32,000 nucleotides of DNA from Candidatus Nitrospira inopinata (GCF_001458695.1 NZ_LN885086.1:1-32000); one strand, 5' to 3'; counted from the first letter of the stretch, positions 1 to 8,926 are shown. Notes: generated from the letters alone by a model not told the origin. Translations and numbers: made by a program.

Positions 1-1037
1 TGCCCCCCCTTGCCCAGCCGCCGATAGACCCCCGCCTCCGCCTCCCCGCGCCCTAGCTTCTGCCAGAACGCCGCATAGTCCGGACTGGCGGCATCCCCCG
101 GGTCGCAGAAGAGCCGATGGTGCCGGCTCCGGATCTCCTCCAGGGTATAGCCGGTGGTGGTGAGAAACTTGTCATTGGCCGTGAGAATCGTGCCATCCAA
201 CTGAAACTCGATCACGGCATAGGCCCGGTTGATGGCATCTATGATGCCTTTCATGTTGTGCCGCGCAATCTCCTGTTCCGTGATGTCATACCGGACACCC
301 AGGTACTTCCGGGGCTTGCCGGTCTGTTTGTCCACGAACGGCGCAATGACGGCGTCCACGTAATAGGGGGTGCCGTCCTTGGCCCGGTTCTTGACCACCC
401 CCCGAAAGATCTGCCCCCGGCCGATCGTGGCCCACATCTGCTTGAAGACCTCTTTGGGCATGTCCGGATGCCGGGTAATGTTGTGCCCTCGGCCGATCAA
501 TTCCTCCCGGCTGTATTTGGACACCTGCACGTATTTGTCGTTGGCCCAGACGATGTCGCCCTTGAGATTGGCTTCCGAGACAATGCTGGTGACGTCCATG
601 ATGGCCTGGCGGACGGCGAGTTCTTCCTTGACCGTTTCCAGCTCCGTGGCGAGCGCCGTCACATCGGTCGCTAGGGCAACGACCTTGCCCGGGAGGCCGC
701 GCTCACCCATCGGGACGTAGGTCACCGCCAACCAGACTTCTTTCTCCCCCTTGCCCAGCCATTTCGCGAGATGTTGCGCCGACTCGCCGCGGCGCACGGC
801 CTCCCATGCTGCCTGATAGGCCGGACTGTCCACGTGGGCCGGCTCGCACAAAGACCGGTGAGGCTTCCCCACAATCTCATCAAGACCATACCCCATGAGG
901 CTAAGAAACTTGCCATTGGCCGTGAGGATTGTCCCGTCGAGCGCACACTCAAGCAGAGCCTGCCCCCGCTCCACCGCCGTTCCGTACACCTCCAGATCGA
1001 CTGATTCCGCCTTGCTCCCGAACAATGTCTTCAACAT
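1..1037 (-). CDS. PAS-domain signalling protein, N-terminal ~345 aa with three tandem PAS modules (sensor or chemoreceptor type). The 3' end runs off the left edge of the window.
   Basis: Hand translation of the minus strand from ATG at 1037 is open to position 1. The ATG is preceded by AAGGAGAGG (revcomp of 1042-1050). Product: MLKTLFGSKAESVDLEVYGTAVERGQALLECALDGTILTANGKFLSLMGYGLDEIVGKPHRSLC...NITRHPDMPKEVFKQMWATIGRGQIFRGVVKNRAKDGTPYYVDAVIAPF...AVIEFQLDGTILTANDKFLTTTGYTLEEIRSRHHRLFC. The RHPDMP...KNRxKDGxxYxV pattern is classic PAS. It is missing from the ORF track because it has no stop in the window. Track ORFs 117..674(+) and 370..720(+) are its antisense shadows. Confidence 0.85.
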   Translation of the reverse strand, partial: MLKTLFGSKAESVDLEVYGTAVERGQALLECALDGTILTANGKFLSLMGYGLDEIVGKPHRSLCEPAHVDSPAYQAAWEAVRRGESAQHLAKWLGKGEKEVWLAVTYVPMGERGLPGKVVALATDVTALATELETVKEELAVRQAIMDVTSIVSEANLKGDIVWANDKYVQVSKYSREELIGRGHNITRHPDMPKEVFKQMWATIGRGQIFRGVVKNRAKDGTPYYVDAVIAPFVDKQTGKPRKYLGVRYDITEQEIARHNMKGIIDAINRAYAVIEFQLDGTILTANDKFLTTTGYTLEEIRSRHHRLFCDPGDAASPDYAAFWQKLGRGEAEAGVYRRLGKGG

Positions 1038-1592
1038 GTTTTCCTCTCCTTAAAATTGCATCGCCCCCTCGCCGGCAGTACGCACTTATTGTGCTCAGCC
1101 GAAACACCTCGGTTTTCCCAGGCCCTGCCAACGGAGTGCTCTACAACGTGAGCAAGTACGATCCAAAGCCGTCTCCCGGTCCCTTTCTTTCTTCTGATGC
1201 CGTGTTGTTGTTCTCTTCGGCTCCGTTTTTGAAATGCTCAATGCGTAGTTCCACCCTTTACAATAGGAACGACTACGCTGGCGAGGACGATGGTGCTGAG
1301 CTATATGTAGTTGTCGATAAATCACTCGCGCAGCCTGGCAAGGGGTATATTAGAGGGGCATATTAGATTGTGGGCGAGGCTATACGCTTCCGCGGCTCAA
1401 AGGAGCATCAGATGATGGACACAGCCTTCACGAACCAATGAGGTTTCCGTCGTCGGAGACCGGCTACTCGGTTCACCTGAGGCCATTCGGCAGGACTTCA
1501 CTTTAGCGTACATAGACGATATGGTGATCGCGCTTTCCTCCTAAATCATGCTTGACGCCAGAGATTTTTTACTGCTCGTGGTGGAGAAGGGG

Positions 1593-2291
1593 ATGAAGCG
1601 CATGAAGGAAATCCTTCATCCCGCCCTGTACGAACAGATGGCTCGAGAAATCGGCAACAGCATCGGCCTGGAACTGACTTATAAGACGCCGGCACCATCT
1701 CCCGACACACGTCCCCTCCCGCGCCCTCTCACACAGGAAGAGACTTCTCCTTTTCTCAAATCGCTCCGATCGACTGTGGGGTGGGTCGGTGACATCGCCA
1801 TGAATGAATCGTCGTCCACGATCACCGTTTCTCTTCCCCGCTGCCCCTTCGGCTCTCTTCCCATAGAGAACCCCTACCTATGCCATGCCGAGGCAAGCAT
1901 GATCGGAAGTATGGTCGGCGAACGCTTCGGATACGCCAAGGTATCGATCGTACCCGGTGACGGCGCTCCTCCCACAAATTGCCGTTTCACCATCCATCTT
2001 GAGCGAACGCCCGAAAGCCTTCTGATCGAAGGACCGAGTTTTCCGCTTGAGCGTGAGAAACCGCATACATCTTCAGGTCGAGACGCCGAACGGATGCTTT
2101 CTCTTCTTTCTTTATGGGAGCGGCAAATCGTCAAACTCATCGGAGAAGGCCTTTCGGATAAAGAAATCGCCGGCGCCTTGCATCTCAGCGTCCGCACCAT
2201 CGAAGGCCACGTGGCAAAGATCCGCGCCAAAACGGGACTGAACTCTCGTAACGCTCTGATTCGATTCGCCCTTCAAGTGAATGGAAAATAG
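1593..2291 (+). CDS. LuxR-family HTH transcriptional regulator with an N-terminal Cys-containing sensor-like domain (possibly V4R/methanogen-output-like, tentative).
   Basis: C-terminus LSLWERQIVKLIGEGLSDKEIAGALHLSVRTIEGHVAKIRAKTGL is a GerE/LuxR HTH. ATG 1593 follows GGAGAAGGGG. The longer start 1548 has no SD. The N-domain assignment is only a resemblance (CPFGS...CHAEASMIGSMVGERFG). Confidence 0.75.
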   Translation: MKRMKEILHPALYEQMAREIGNSIGLELTYKTPAPSPDTRPLPRPLTQEETSPFLKSLRSTVGWVGDIAMNESSSTITVSLPRCPFGSLPIENPYLCHAEASMIGSMVGERFGYAKVSIVPGDGAPPTNCRFTIHLERTPESLLIEGPSFPLEREKPHTSSGRDAERMLSLLSLWERQIVKLIGEGLSDKEIAGALHLSVRTIEGHVAKIRAKTGLNSRNALIRFALQVNGK

Positions 2292-2304
2292 CGGGAGGAG
2301 AAGA

Positions 2305-3090
2305 ATGCCGAGACACGCATGCCACGACGTCTCAAGAAAGGTTTCGACGAGAAAGACCGGGACCGCAAATCCGCCCCATGTTCGGATTCTCTTGGCCGAC
2401 CCACACGACATCACGCTGGCCGGCGCGCGCCAGGTGCTGGAGCGGGTCCCCCGTTTCAAAGTGATCGGCCAAGCGACCACCGCCGCTGCCGCGATGTCCG
2501 CCATCGAAAGACAAACCGTCGACCTGGCAATCCTGGACGTTCGTCTTGACGGCGGGAACGGAATTGACGTGTGCCGCCGCATTCGCTCCGTTTTTCCCCG
2601 CACGCAGGTGCTGCTTCTCATCGACAGCATCGATGAAGAATCCTTCGTATCGGCCTTGCAAGCGGGCACGGCGGGAATCCTGGTCAAAAGCGTGGGAGGG
2701 GCCGGCTTGGTCCGCGCCATTGAAGCCGTCTGCGACGGCCACATCGTTTTCGACAGGAGCATCTTTCTTCACTTCGCGCCGCAGCTCTGCACCCAGGCGG
2801 CGGGGAAACAAGGCAGCGCTCGCGCGGATCTTTCCGTTCAAGAGCAACGGGTCATGGCGCTCGTGACGGAGGGAAAAACCAACAAAGAAATCGCCGTGGC
2901 TCTTGGTCTCAGCGATAAAACGGTGAAGAACTACTTATACCGCGTGTACGACAAACTGCAGGTCACGCGTCGGGCCCAAGCGACGAAGACGTTTATCGAG
3001 CGAACCCGCGCAGCCGGCGCCTTTGGAGTGACCGATTTCGGCTGCCCCTTCCTATCGCCCCGATCACCCTCGACCCTCTCTCAAAATTGA
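2305..3090 (+). CDS. NarL/FixJ-family response regulator (receiver domain plus LuxR-type HTH).
   Basis: Receiver motifs VRILLADPHD...DLAILDVRLDGGNGIDV...AGILVKS. Output domain LSVQEQRVMALVTEGKTNKEIAVALGLSDKTVKNYLYRVYDKLQV. ATG 2305 is preceded by GGGAGGAG. An alternative ATG at 2281 overlaps the upstream stop. Confidence 0.85.
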   Translation: MPRHACHDVSRKVSTRKTGTANPPHVRILLADPHDITLAGARQVLERVPRFKVIGQATTAAAAMSAIERQTVDLAILDVRLDGGNGIDVCRRIRSVFPRTQVLLLIDSIDEESFVSALQAGTAGILVKSVGGAGLVRAIEAVCDGHIVFDRSIFLHFAPQLCTQAAGKQGSARADLSVQEQRVMALVTEGKTNKEIAVALGLSDKTVKNYLYRVYDKLQVTRRAQATKTFIERTRAAGAFGVTDFGCPFLSPRSPSTLSQN

Positions 3091-3275
3091 GGGCAACCGT
3101 TCGCCAAAGCTTGACTGGCATCGAAGAACCTTTGGATTCGGCTGCCGCGCTGTCGAATCTCGTCACATCTCCGTGAATCCCGCACGCGCTTCCCATCAGA
3201 CAAACCGGTCCCTCTCTCCAATACGAAGATGTTGAGAAAACTCTGGGCGAGTTGCTCAGGATTGATCGGCTTCGT

Positions 3276-3680
3276 TCAGCGCCTGCGCGGCTCCGGCGCC
3301 GGGCTTTTGGGCCACCATCGGATGAAGCGCTCGACCGTCACGACACCCAGCGAGGCACCGACACTGTCGGCCAGCCAATCCAGCCCGCTTGATTCCCGAT
3401 TAGGAACGAAGGCCTGGTGAATCTCGTCGCTGAGCCCGTAGAGAGATGCTGCCGCAACGGCCAGAAGACCGGCCCACGGCTTCACGGCATCGTTGGTTCC
3501 CCATCGAAAGGCTCGATAGAACAGTCCTCCGAGCATCGCGTACTCCACCGCGTGGAGGATCTTGTCGCTGAAGAGTCCGATGAACGAGGGAAGCTGATCT
3601 TCCGGGTGAGGTTGCGAGGAGAGGTAGAAAATCAACCCGGCATAGGCGCACACCGGCCCCCAGTATCGAAACCGTTCCAT
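3276..3680 (-). CDS. VanZ-family membrane protein.
   Basis: 134 aa with four hydrophobic segments. Motifs DKILHAVEYAMLGGLF and SDEIHQAFVPNR are typical of VanZ-like proteins. Confidence 0.75.
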   Translation of the reverse strand: MERFRYWGPVCAYAGLIFYLSSQPHPEDQLPSFIGLFSDKILHAVEYAMLGGLFYRAFRWGTNDAVKPWAGLLAVAAASLYGLSDEIHQAFVPNRESSGLDWLADSVGASLGVVTVERFIRWWPKSPAPEPRRR

Positions 3681-3785
3681 CAGGCGACTCTTCCGCTTGC
3701 CCGCACGGCCTTCGCCGTTTTTTCGCTTGATTGCACGCCCGTCCCCCCTATGACATACTTTCGATCAGAGGCATCGCACACACCC

Positions 3786-5990
3786 ATGAAACGCGCCCAC
3801 GTCTGTTTCCTTTGGCACATGCACCAGCCCTACTATACCGATCCGGTAACCGGGTTGGCGAGCATGCCGTGGGTCCGCCTGCACGCGACCAAAGCCTACT
3901 ATGACATGGCTCATCTCCTGGAGCAATTTCCCGCCGTACGCGCGACCTTCAACTTCACTCCCTCCCTGCTCTTACAGCTTCAAGAGAGCGGCGAAGGCGC
4001 CGTGCGTGATCTGTTTCTTGAACATGCACAACGACCGGCCTCGGAACTGACCGAAGAGGAACAAGCCTTCATCGTTCGCCATTTCTTTTCCGCAAACTGG
4101 TCCACCATGGTGCGCCCCTATCGACGCTACCATGAGCTGTTGGTCAAACGGGGCTTGGACGTACGAGGACAAGACTTGATCCACCTTGCCCGCCGTTTTT
4201 CCACCCAGGACCTTCTCGACTTGCAGGTCTGGCACAACTTGGCATGGTTCGGGTACGGGGCGGTTCAACGGTATCCTCGATTGGCCGCCCTGCGCAATAA
4301 AAATCGCGGCTACACGGAGCAAGACAAACAGGAAGTGCTGGCGCTCCAGCGCACGGTCATTCAAGAGGTCGTGCCGCGCTACCGCGCCTTGCTGGAGCGG
4401 GGTCAGATCGAAATCAGCACGACGCCGTTTTTTCACCCGATTCTCCCGCTGGTCATTGACACGGAGATCACAAGGCGCGCGAGGCCGGATCTTCCGCTAC
4501 CCGCACGCTTCCACGCCCCCGAAGACGCGGAAACGCAACTTCGGATGGCGGTGGACTTCCATCGCCGAATCTTCGGCCGACCGCCGGTCGGATTGTGGCC
4601 GTCGGAAGGGTCGGTCTGTCCGGAACTGCTTCCCCTCGCGCATCACGTGGGTTTGCGTTGGCTCGCCACCGACGAGGGCATTCTTGCCCGTTCATTGGAG
4701 ATGGAAGGCCGCCCCTGGAACCGACGATCGGCCCTCTATCGGCCCTATCAAGCGGGCACGCCGGGTCAAGAACTGAGTCTGGTGTTCCGCGACCGGGAAC
4801 TCTCGGACGCCTTCGGGTTCGTGTATTACAGAACCACGCCCGAATCGGCGGCCGAAGACGTGGGCCGCCGGCTGGCGCAGATCATTCAGGAAGCCGAGCA
4901 GGAGTCGATCGTCATCCCCGTCATCTTGGACGGAGAAAACCCCTGGGAACACTACCACGACGGCGGCGAACGCTTTCTTTCTCTGCTCTACACGATGCTG
5001 TCGTCACAACGGTTAGACCAGGGACCAGATGCTATTGTTCAGGCTTCCACCGTCTCCGAGGCGATCAGAGCCGTTCCCCCCGTCCATCATCTCTCCAGTC
5101 TGCACTCCGGCTCGTGGATCAATACGGACTTCAAAATTTGGATCGGGCACGAGGAGGACAATCGAGCCTGGAATCTGTTGGGCTACACGAGATCGAGACT
5201 GGCTGCCGTCGCTCCGACCCTCCCCTCCGACCGGGCCGAAGCCGCCTGGCGCGAGCTCTACGCCGCCGAAGGCAGCGATTGGTTCTGGTGGTACGGCGAC
5301 GACTTCGAGACGGACTTCAAGATGGAATTCGATCGGTTGTTCCGCACGCACCTGCGGAACGTGTGGCACCACATGGGGCTCACGCCGCCGGATGAGCTGA
5401 GCCATCCGATTGTCCACCTCGCACTTCAGTCGGAAACCGATGTGGTCACTCAACCGGTGGCGCTCCTGACTCCCACCATCGATGGGCTGGTGACCGACTT
5501 CTTTGAATGGCGGGGAGCGGGGTCCATCAACACCAGACCGCCGCTCGGCGCCATGTGGAAAGCCGAGGGGCTCTTTACGGCCATTCGATTCGCGTGGAGT
5601 TCCGACGGGCTGTTTTTCCGATTCGACTTCGACCCATCCGCCGCCGACCGAGGGGGAGCCTTGCGGGCGGAGATCACGATCAAGAGCCCCGGTTCCACCT
5701 TTCGGCTCACGTTCTCCCTCGAAGAGGCGGGGCCCGACCATTTTGTTTTGACTCGGTCCGAAAAACCTGACTCGTGGGTGGAGGTCGGCGCCTATTCATC
5801 AATTAGTCGAAAAAAGATCCTGGAATTGATGGTGCCCAGGAAAGACCTGGGCCTTGATCACGGGCAGGAGCTGAGTCTGTCGATTGTGGTGCTGGAACAT
5901 GGCCTCGAAGTCGCTCGTTACCCGAGACAGCGGCCCGCGACGTTGACCGTCCCGGGGCCTGAATTCGACGCCGCTTTCTGGCGAGTCTAG
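3786..5990 (+). CDS. Glycoside hydrolase family 57 protein (alpha-glucan-active; amylase / 4-alpha-glucanotransferase / branching-type) with a long C-terminal extension.
   Basis: All five GH57 signature regions are visible: CFLWHMHQPYY, GQIEISTTPFFHPILPL, GLWPSEGSV (nucleophile Glu), ILDGENPWEHY (acid/base Asp), AAEGSDWFWWYGDD. The track ORF (3417..5990) is 5'-extended through the VanZ antisense. ATG 3786 (MKRAHVCFLWH) fits family N-termini; ATG 3750 is an alternative. Confidence 0.9.
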   Translation: MKRAHVCFLWHMHQPYYTDPVTGLASMPWVRLHATKAYYDMAHLLEQFPAVRATFNFTPSLLLQLQESGEGAVRDLFLEHAQRPASELTEEEQAFIVRHFFSANWSTMVRPYRRYHELLVKRGLDVRGQDLIHLARRFSTQDLLDLQVWHNLAWFGYGAVQRYPRLAALRNKNRGYTEQDKQEVLALQRTVIQEVVPRYRALLERGQIEISTTPFFHPILPLVIDTEITRRARPDLPLPARFHAPEDAETQLRMAVDFHRRIFGRPPVGLWPSEGSVCPELLPLAHHVGLRWLATDEGILARSLEMEGRPWNRRSALYRPYQAGTPGQELSLVFRDRELSDAFGFVYYRTTPESAAEDVGRRLAQIIQEAEQESIVIPVILDGENPWEHYHDGGERFLSLLYTMLSSQRLDQGPDAIVQASTVSEAIRAVPPVHHLSSLHSGSWINTDFKIWIGHEEDNRAWNLLGYTRSRLAAVAPTLPSDRAEAAWRELYAAEGSDWFWWYGDDFETDFKMEFDRLFRTHLRNVWHHMGLTPPDELSHPIVHLALQSETDVVTQPVALLTPTIDGLVTDFFEWRGAGSINTRPPLGAMWKAEGLFTAIRFAWSSDGLFFRFDFDPSAADRGGALRAEITIKSPGSTFRLTFSLEEAGPDHFVLTRSEKPDSWVEVGAYSSISRKKILELMVPRKDLGLDHGQELSLSIVVLEHGLEVARYPRQRPATLTVPGPEFDAAFWRV

Positions 5991-6106
5991 AGAAAGAACC
6001 AAGGGAACGGCACAAGACGACTCACCTCGTGAAGGAAGAAGAGACACTCGACGGATCCGTTCAAGTCTTCTCCTTCCTTCCCCGGTGGCGATTCACGGAG
6101 GACACC

Positions 6107-7111
6107 ATGCCTGATCTGCGACGCGATCCCATCGTCGGCCGGTGGGTCATTATTTCGACGGAACGGAACGGCCGCCCGCACGACTTCATGCGCTTGCCGG
6201 CCACCCGGCCCACTCCCTCGGCGCTGTGTCCCTTCTGTCCGGGACAAGAGCGGCTGACGCCCAAAGAAATCATGGCCTATCGGCCGCAGCCGGCCGAGCC
6301 GAATTCCCCGAACTGGACCGTGCGCGTCGTGCCCAACAAATTCCCCGCGCTCCAAGTCGAGGGAGAGATGGGACGCGAAGGCGTGGGGCTGTACGATCGA
6401 ATGAACGGCATCGGCGCCCATGAGGTCATCATCGAGACCCCCAACCACACCGACGGCCTCGCGGAGTTGCCGGCCAAACAGATTGAAGACGTGCTCTGGG
6501 CCTATCGGGATCGCATCATCGACTTGAAGAAAGACATTCGGCTTCGCTACATCATCATTTTCAAGAACCACGGCCTGGCGGCCGGCGCGACGCTGGAGCA
6601 CAGCCATTCCCAGTTGATCGCCCTGCCGATCGTCCCCACCAGCGTGCAGGACGAAATCGAAGGCTGCCGGGCCCATTTCGAACAGAAGGAACGGTGCATT
6701 TACTGCGACATCATCCGACAGGAAACGGGCGACGGCGAGCGGATCGTGGCCGAAAACCCCGAATTCGTCTGCGTCACGCCGTTCGCCCCGCGCTTTCCTT
6801 TCGAGATGTGGATCTTGCCCAAGCGCCACGCCGGCTATTTCGAGGAAGGTCACAAAACACAATTTGAATGTCTGGCGCCGATGTTGTCCGAATGCCTCCG
6901 ACGAATGGACAAGGCCCTCTCCCGCCCCGCGTACAACTTCATCCTCCACAGTTCGCCGCTGCACGAACGGACCGGCGAGTTTTACCACTGGCATCTGGAG
7001 ATCATCCCCAAACTGACGCAGGTCGCCGGGTTTGAGTGGGGAACGGGGTTCTACATCAACCCGGTCTCGCCGGAAGAGTCGGCCAAGTTCCTCCGCGACG
7101 CGGAGATCTAG
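6107..7111 (+). CDS. GalT-family (HIT superfamily branch III) nucleotidyltransferase / nucleoside-diphosphate-sugar phosphorylase-like enzyme.
   Basis: CPFCPGQE zinc knuckle and HSHSQLIALP (HxHxQ) active-site motif. ATG 6107 is preceded by GGAGGA. The track ORF start 6029 is an upstream extension. Confidence 0.85.
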   Translation: MPDLRRDPIVGRWVIISTERNGRPHDFMRLPATRPTPSALCPFCPGQERLTPKEIMAYRPQPAEPNSPNWTVRVVPNKFPALQVEGEMGREGVGLYDRMNGIGAHEVIIETPNHTDGLAELPAKQIEDVLWAYRDRIIDLKKDIRLRYIIIFKNHGLAAGATLEHSHSQLIALPIVPTSVQDEIEGCRAHFEQKERCIYCDIIRQETGDGERIVAENPEFVCVTPFAPRFPFEMWILPKRHAGYFEEGHKTQFECLAPMLSECLRRMDKALSRPAYNFILHSSPLHERTGEFYHWHLEIIPKLTQVAGFEWGTGFYINPVSPEESAKFLRDAEI

Positions 7112-7122
7112 TGGACACCTCA

Positions 7123-8505
7123 ATGACCGTCTCCCTTTCTCTTGAGGACTCACCTTCAGCCCGCGCGCTCCGTATCATCGAAGACAAGGTCCGCCGGGCC
7201 GGCGGCAGAACCTGGTTGGTCGGTGGAGCGGTCCGGGACCTGCTGCTCAATCGGCGCCCAGAGGATTGGGATGTCGAAGTCACGGGCCTCTCCTTGGACC
7301 GACTTGACACGTTGCTTCGGAACCATTTCGCGGTTCAGTTGGTCGGACGAGCCTTCGGTATCTTCAAGATCAAAGGCCTGCCGATCGACGTGTCCGTTCC
7401 GTCGCGCATCCCGGCAGACCATCCATCCGTCGCCGACCTGCGGAACCGGGCCGATCCCGCCATGGACATTGACGAAGCGCTGGCTCGCCGTGATTTCACG
7501 ATCAACGCGATGGCCTGGGACCCCGGCACATCGGAACTTCGCGACCCGTTCAACGGCCGGGAGGACCTGGCCTCCCGTGTGCTGCGTCATGTCTCCGATC
7601 GATTCGCCGAGGATCCGCTGCGGGTGCTACGCGGCATGCAACTGGCGGCTCGGTTCGAGCTGGCCCCCGCCCCGGAGACGGTTCATCTTTGCAGCACTCT
7701 GTCTCAAGAGGGGCAACCCACAGAACGAATTTGGGAAGAATGGAAGGCCCTGCTGCTCGACGGCGTCAAACCGTCGCTCGGCCTCGCGTTTTTACGCGAG
7801 AGCGGTTGGCTCCGTTTTTATCCCGAGCTCGCGGCCCTTCAAGGCTGTCCGCAAGATCCGACATGGCATCCGGAAGGTGACGTGTGGACCCACACCCTGC
7901 ACTGTATGGATTGGTTCGCCGCGGAGCGAACCGGTCACGAGGCGGACGATCTGGTCGTCGGGCTGGCCGTGCTCTGTCACGATTTCGGCAAGCCCCTCGC
8001 CACGACCAGCGACGGTGGGCGCGTGACCTCGCATGGGCACGAGCAGCAAGGAGAGGCGCCGACAAGGCGATTTCTCGAACGGCTCACCAACCAGCAACGA
8101 CTGATCGAGGACGTGATCCCCCTTGTGCTGTGCCACCTTCGCCCTCGCCAACTCTACGACGCGCAGGCTTCCGATGCCGCCGTCAGGAAACTGGCCAGGC
8201 AGGCTCAACGCATCGACCGATTGGTGCGGGTCGCCCGGGCCGATCACGCCGGTCGCCCACCGAAACCCTTTGACGGGTTCCCGGCCGGCGAATGGCTGTT
8301 GGATCGCGCGAAACGGCTGGATGTGGAGACTCAGGCTCCTCCTCCGATCGTGATGGGTCGACATCTGCTGGAATTGGGAGTCAGGCCTGGCCCCGACATG
8401 GGCCTGCTACTCGACGCCTGTTACGAAGCTCAACTCGACGGTGTGTTCTCAACCCTCGAAGAGGGGTTGGCCTACATTCGAACACACCTTGCACGACCTC
8501 GTTGA
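7123..8505 (+). CDS. cca: CCA tRNA nucleotidyltransferase (class II, with HD domain).
   Basis: LVGGAVRDLLL and RRDFTINAMA polymerase-beta-type motifs plus HD-domain LCHDFGKP. An alternative GTG start at 7111 overlaps the TAG of the upstream gene. Confidence 0.85.
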   Translation: MTVSLSLEDSPSARALRIIEDKVRRAGGRTWLVGGAVRDLLLNRRPEDWDVEVTGLSLDRLDTLLRNHFAVQLVGRAFGIFKIKGLPIDVSVPSRIPADHPSVADLRNRADPAMDIDEALARRDFTINAMAWDPGTSELRDPFNGREDLASRVLRHVSDRFAEDPLRVLRGMQLAARFELAPAPETVHLCSTLSQEGQPTERIWEEWKALLLDGVKPSLGLAFLRESGWLRFYPELAALQGCPQDPTWHPEGDVWTHTLHCMDWFAAERTGHEADDLVVGLAVLCHDFGKPLATTSDGGRVTSHGHEQQGEAPTRRFLERLTNQQRLIEDVIPLVLCHLRPRQLYDAQASDAAVRKLARQAQRIDRLVRVARADHAGRPPKPFDGFPAGEWLLDRAKRLDVETQAPPPIVMGRHLLELGVRPGPDMGLLLDACYEAQLDGVFSTLEEGLAYIRTHLARPR

Positions 8506-8565
8506 CGCCACCCCGCTGCTCGCCCTTCTTCCTTCTCCCTTGTGCTTTTTCTTAGCAACAGCCTC

Positions 8566-8595
8566 TTGCTCCGTGCTTTCTCGGCGGCATATGAT
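8566..8595 (+). promoter_or_regulatory. Candidate sigma70-type promoter placing the transcription start on the ATG of the ThiS/MoaD-like gene (a leaderless mRNA).
   Basis: TTGCTC (8566-8571), 18-nt spacer, TATGAT (8590-8595), then 6 nt (cgcccc) before ATG 8602. There is no Shine-Dalgarno sequence in between. Confidence 0.3.
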
Positions 8596-8601
8596 CGCCC
8601 C

Positions 8602-8796
8602 ATGCGTGTTCACTTGAGCCATCCCTCACGAACAGTGGAAATCAAAGGTCCTAAAAAGGTCAAGGATGTGCTCCGCGAGCTCCGCCTCATGAGCGAAGCC
8701 CATTTGGTGATCCGCGGCGACGAGTTGGTGACCGAGGACGAGCTGCTTTCCGACCAAGATCAGATCGAAATTCGGCCGGTGATTTCAGGCGGGTAA
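8602..8796 (+). CDS. ThiS/MoaD-family ubiquitin-like sulfur-carrier protein (64 aa, C-terminal Gly-Gly).
   Basis: MRVHLSHPSRTVEIKGPKKVKDVLRELRLMSEAHLVIRGDELVTEDELLSDQDQIEIRPVISGG*. Size, beta-grasp-like pattern and terminal GG fit the family. The track start 8542 adds a hydrophobic, non-homologous-looking leader. Confidence 0.7.
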   Translation: MRVHLSHPSRTVEIKGPKKVKDVLRELRLMSEAHLVIRGDELVTEDELLSDQDQIEIRPVISGG

Positions 8797-8823
8797 ATGG
8801 AATCGACTGGCCGTCTTCTCCCC

Positions 8824-8853
8824 TTGACCCCCTCTCTCGGACCCCTGTATAAC
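8824..8853 (+). promoter_or_regulatory. Candidate sigma70 promoter for tRNA-Arg.
   Basis: TTGACC (8824-8829), 18-nt spacer, TATAAC (8848-8853), about 70 nt upstream of the mature tRNA 5' end. Confidence 0.4.
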
Positions 8854-8926
8854 CACGGGCCATCGAGCGGAAGTTTTCAATTCCAATTCTCGGTTTTCAG
8901 TTACTGTTACTGCGCACATTGACCAT

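Noticed and set aside
117-720. Track ORFs 117..674(+) and 370..720(+).
   Set aside because: Antisense shadows of the minus-strand PAS gene. They have Arg/Gly/Pro/His-rich nonsense composition, no SD and no family resemblance.
1412-1441. 9-codon mini-ORF (MMDTAFTNQ) with AAAGGAG upstream in the PAS/LuxR intergenic region.
   Set aside because: Too short. No attenuator-like structure or regulatory codon run. It could be a chance SD-ATG pairing.
5987-7153. 388-aa minus-strand ORF.
   Set aside because: Fully antisense to the motif-bearing GalT-like gene. This is a typical long shadow ORF of GC-rich DNA.
8797-8921. Short ORF starting right after the ThiS-like stop, with a Cys/aromatic-rich tail (…SFQFQFSVFSYCYCAH). 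Considered as a RiPP-like precursor next to a GG-carrier protein.
   Set aside because: It has no SD and weak codon bias. It is overlapped by a near-consensus promoter for the tRNA, and its tail derives from short tandem DNA repeats (TTCAATTCCAATTC, GTTACTGTTACTG). Most likely non-coding tRNA leader. Only conservation in relatives would revive it.
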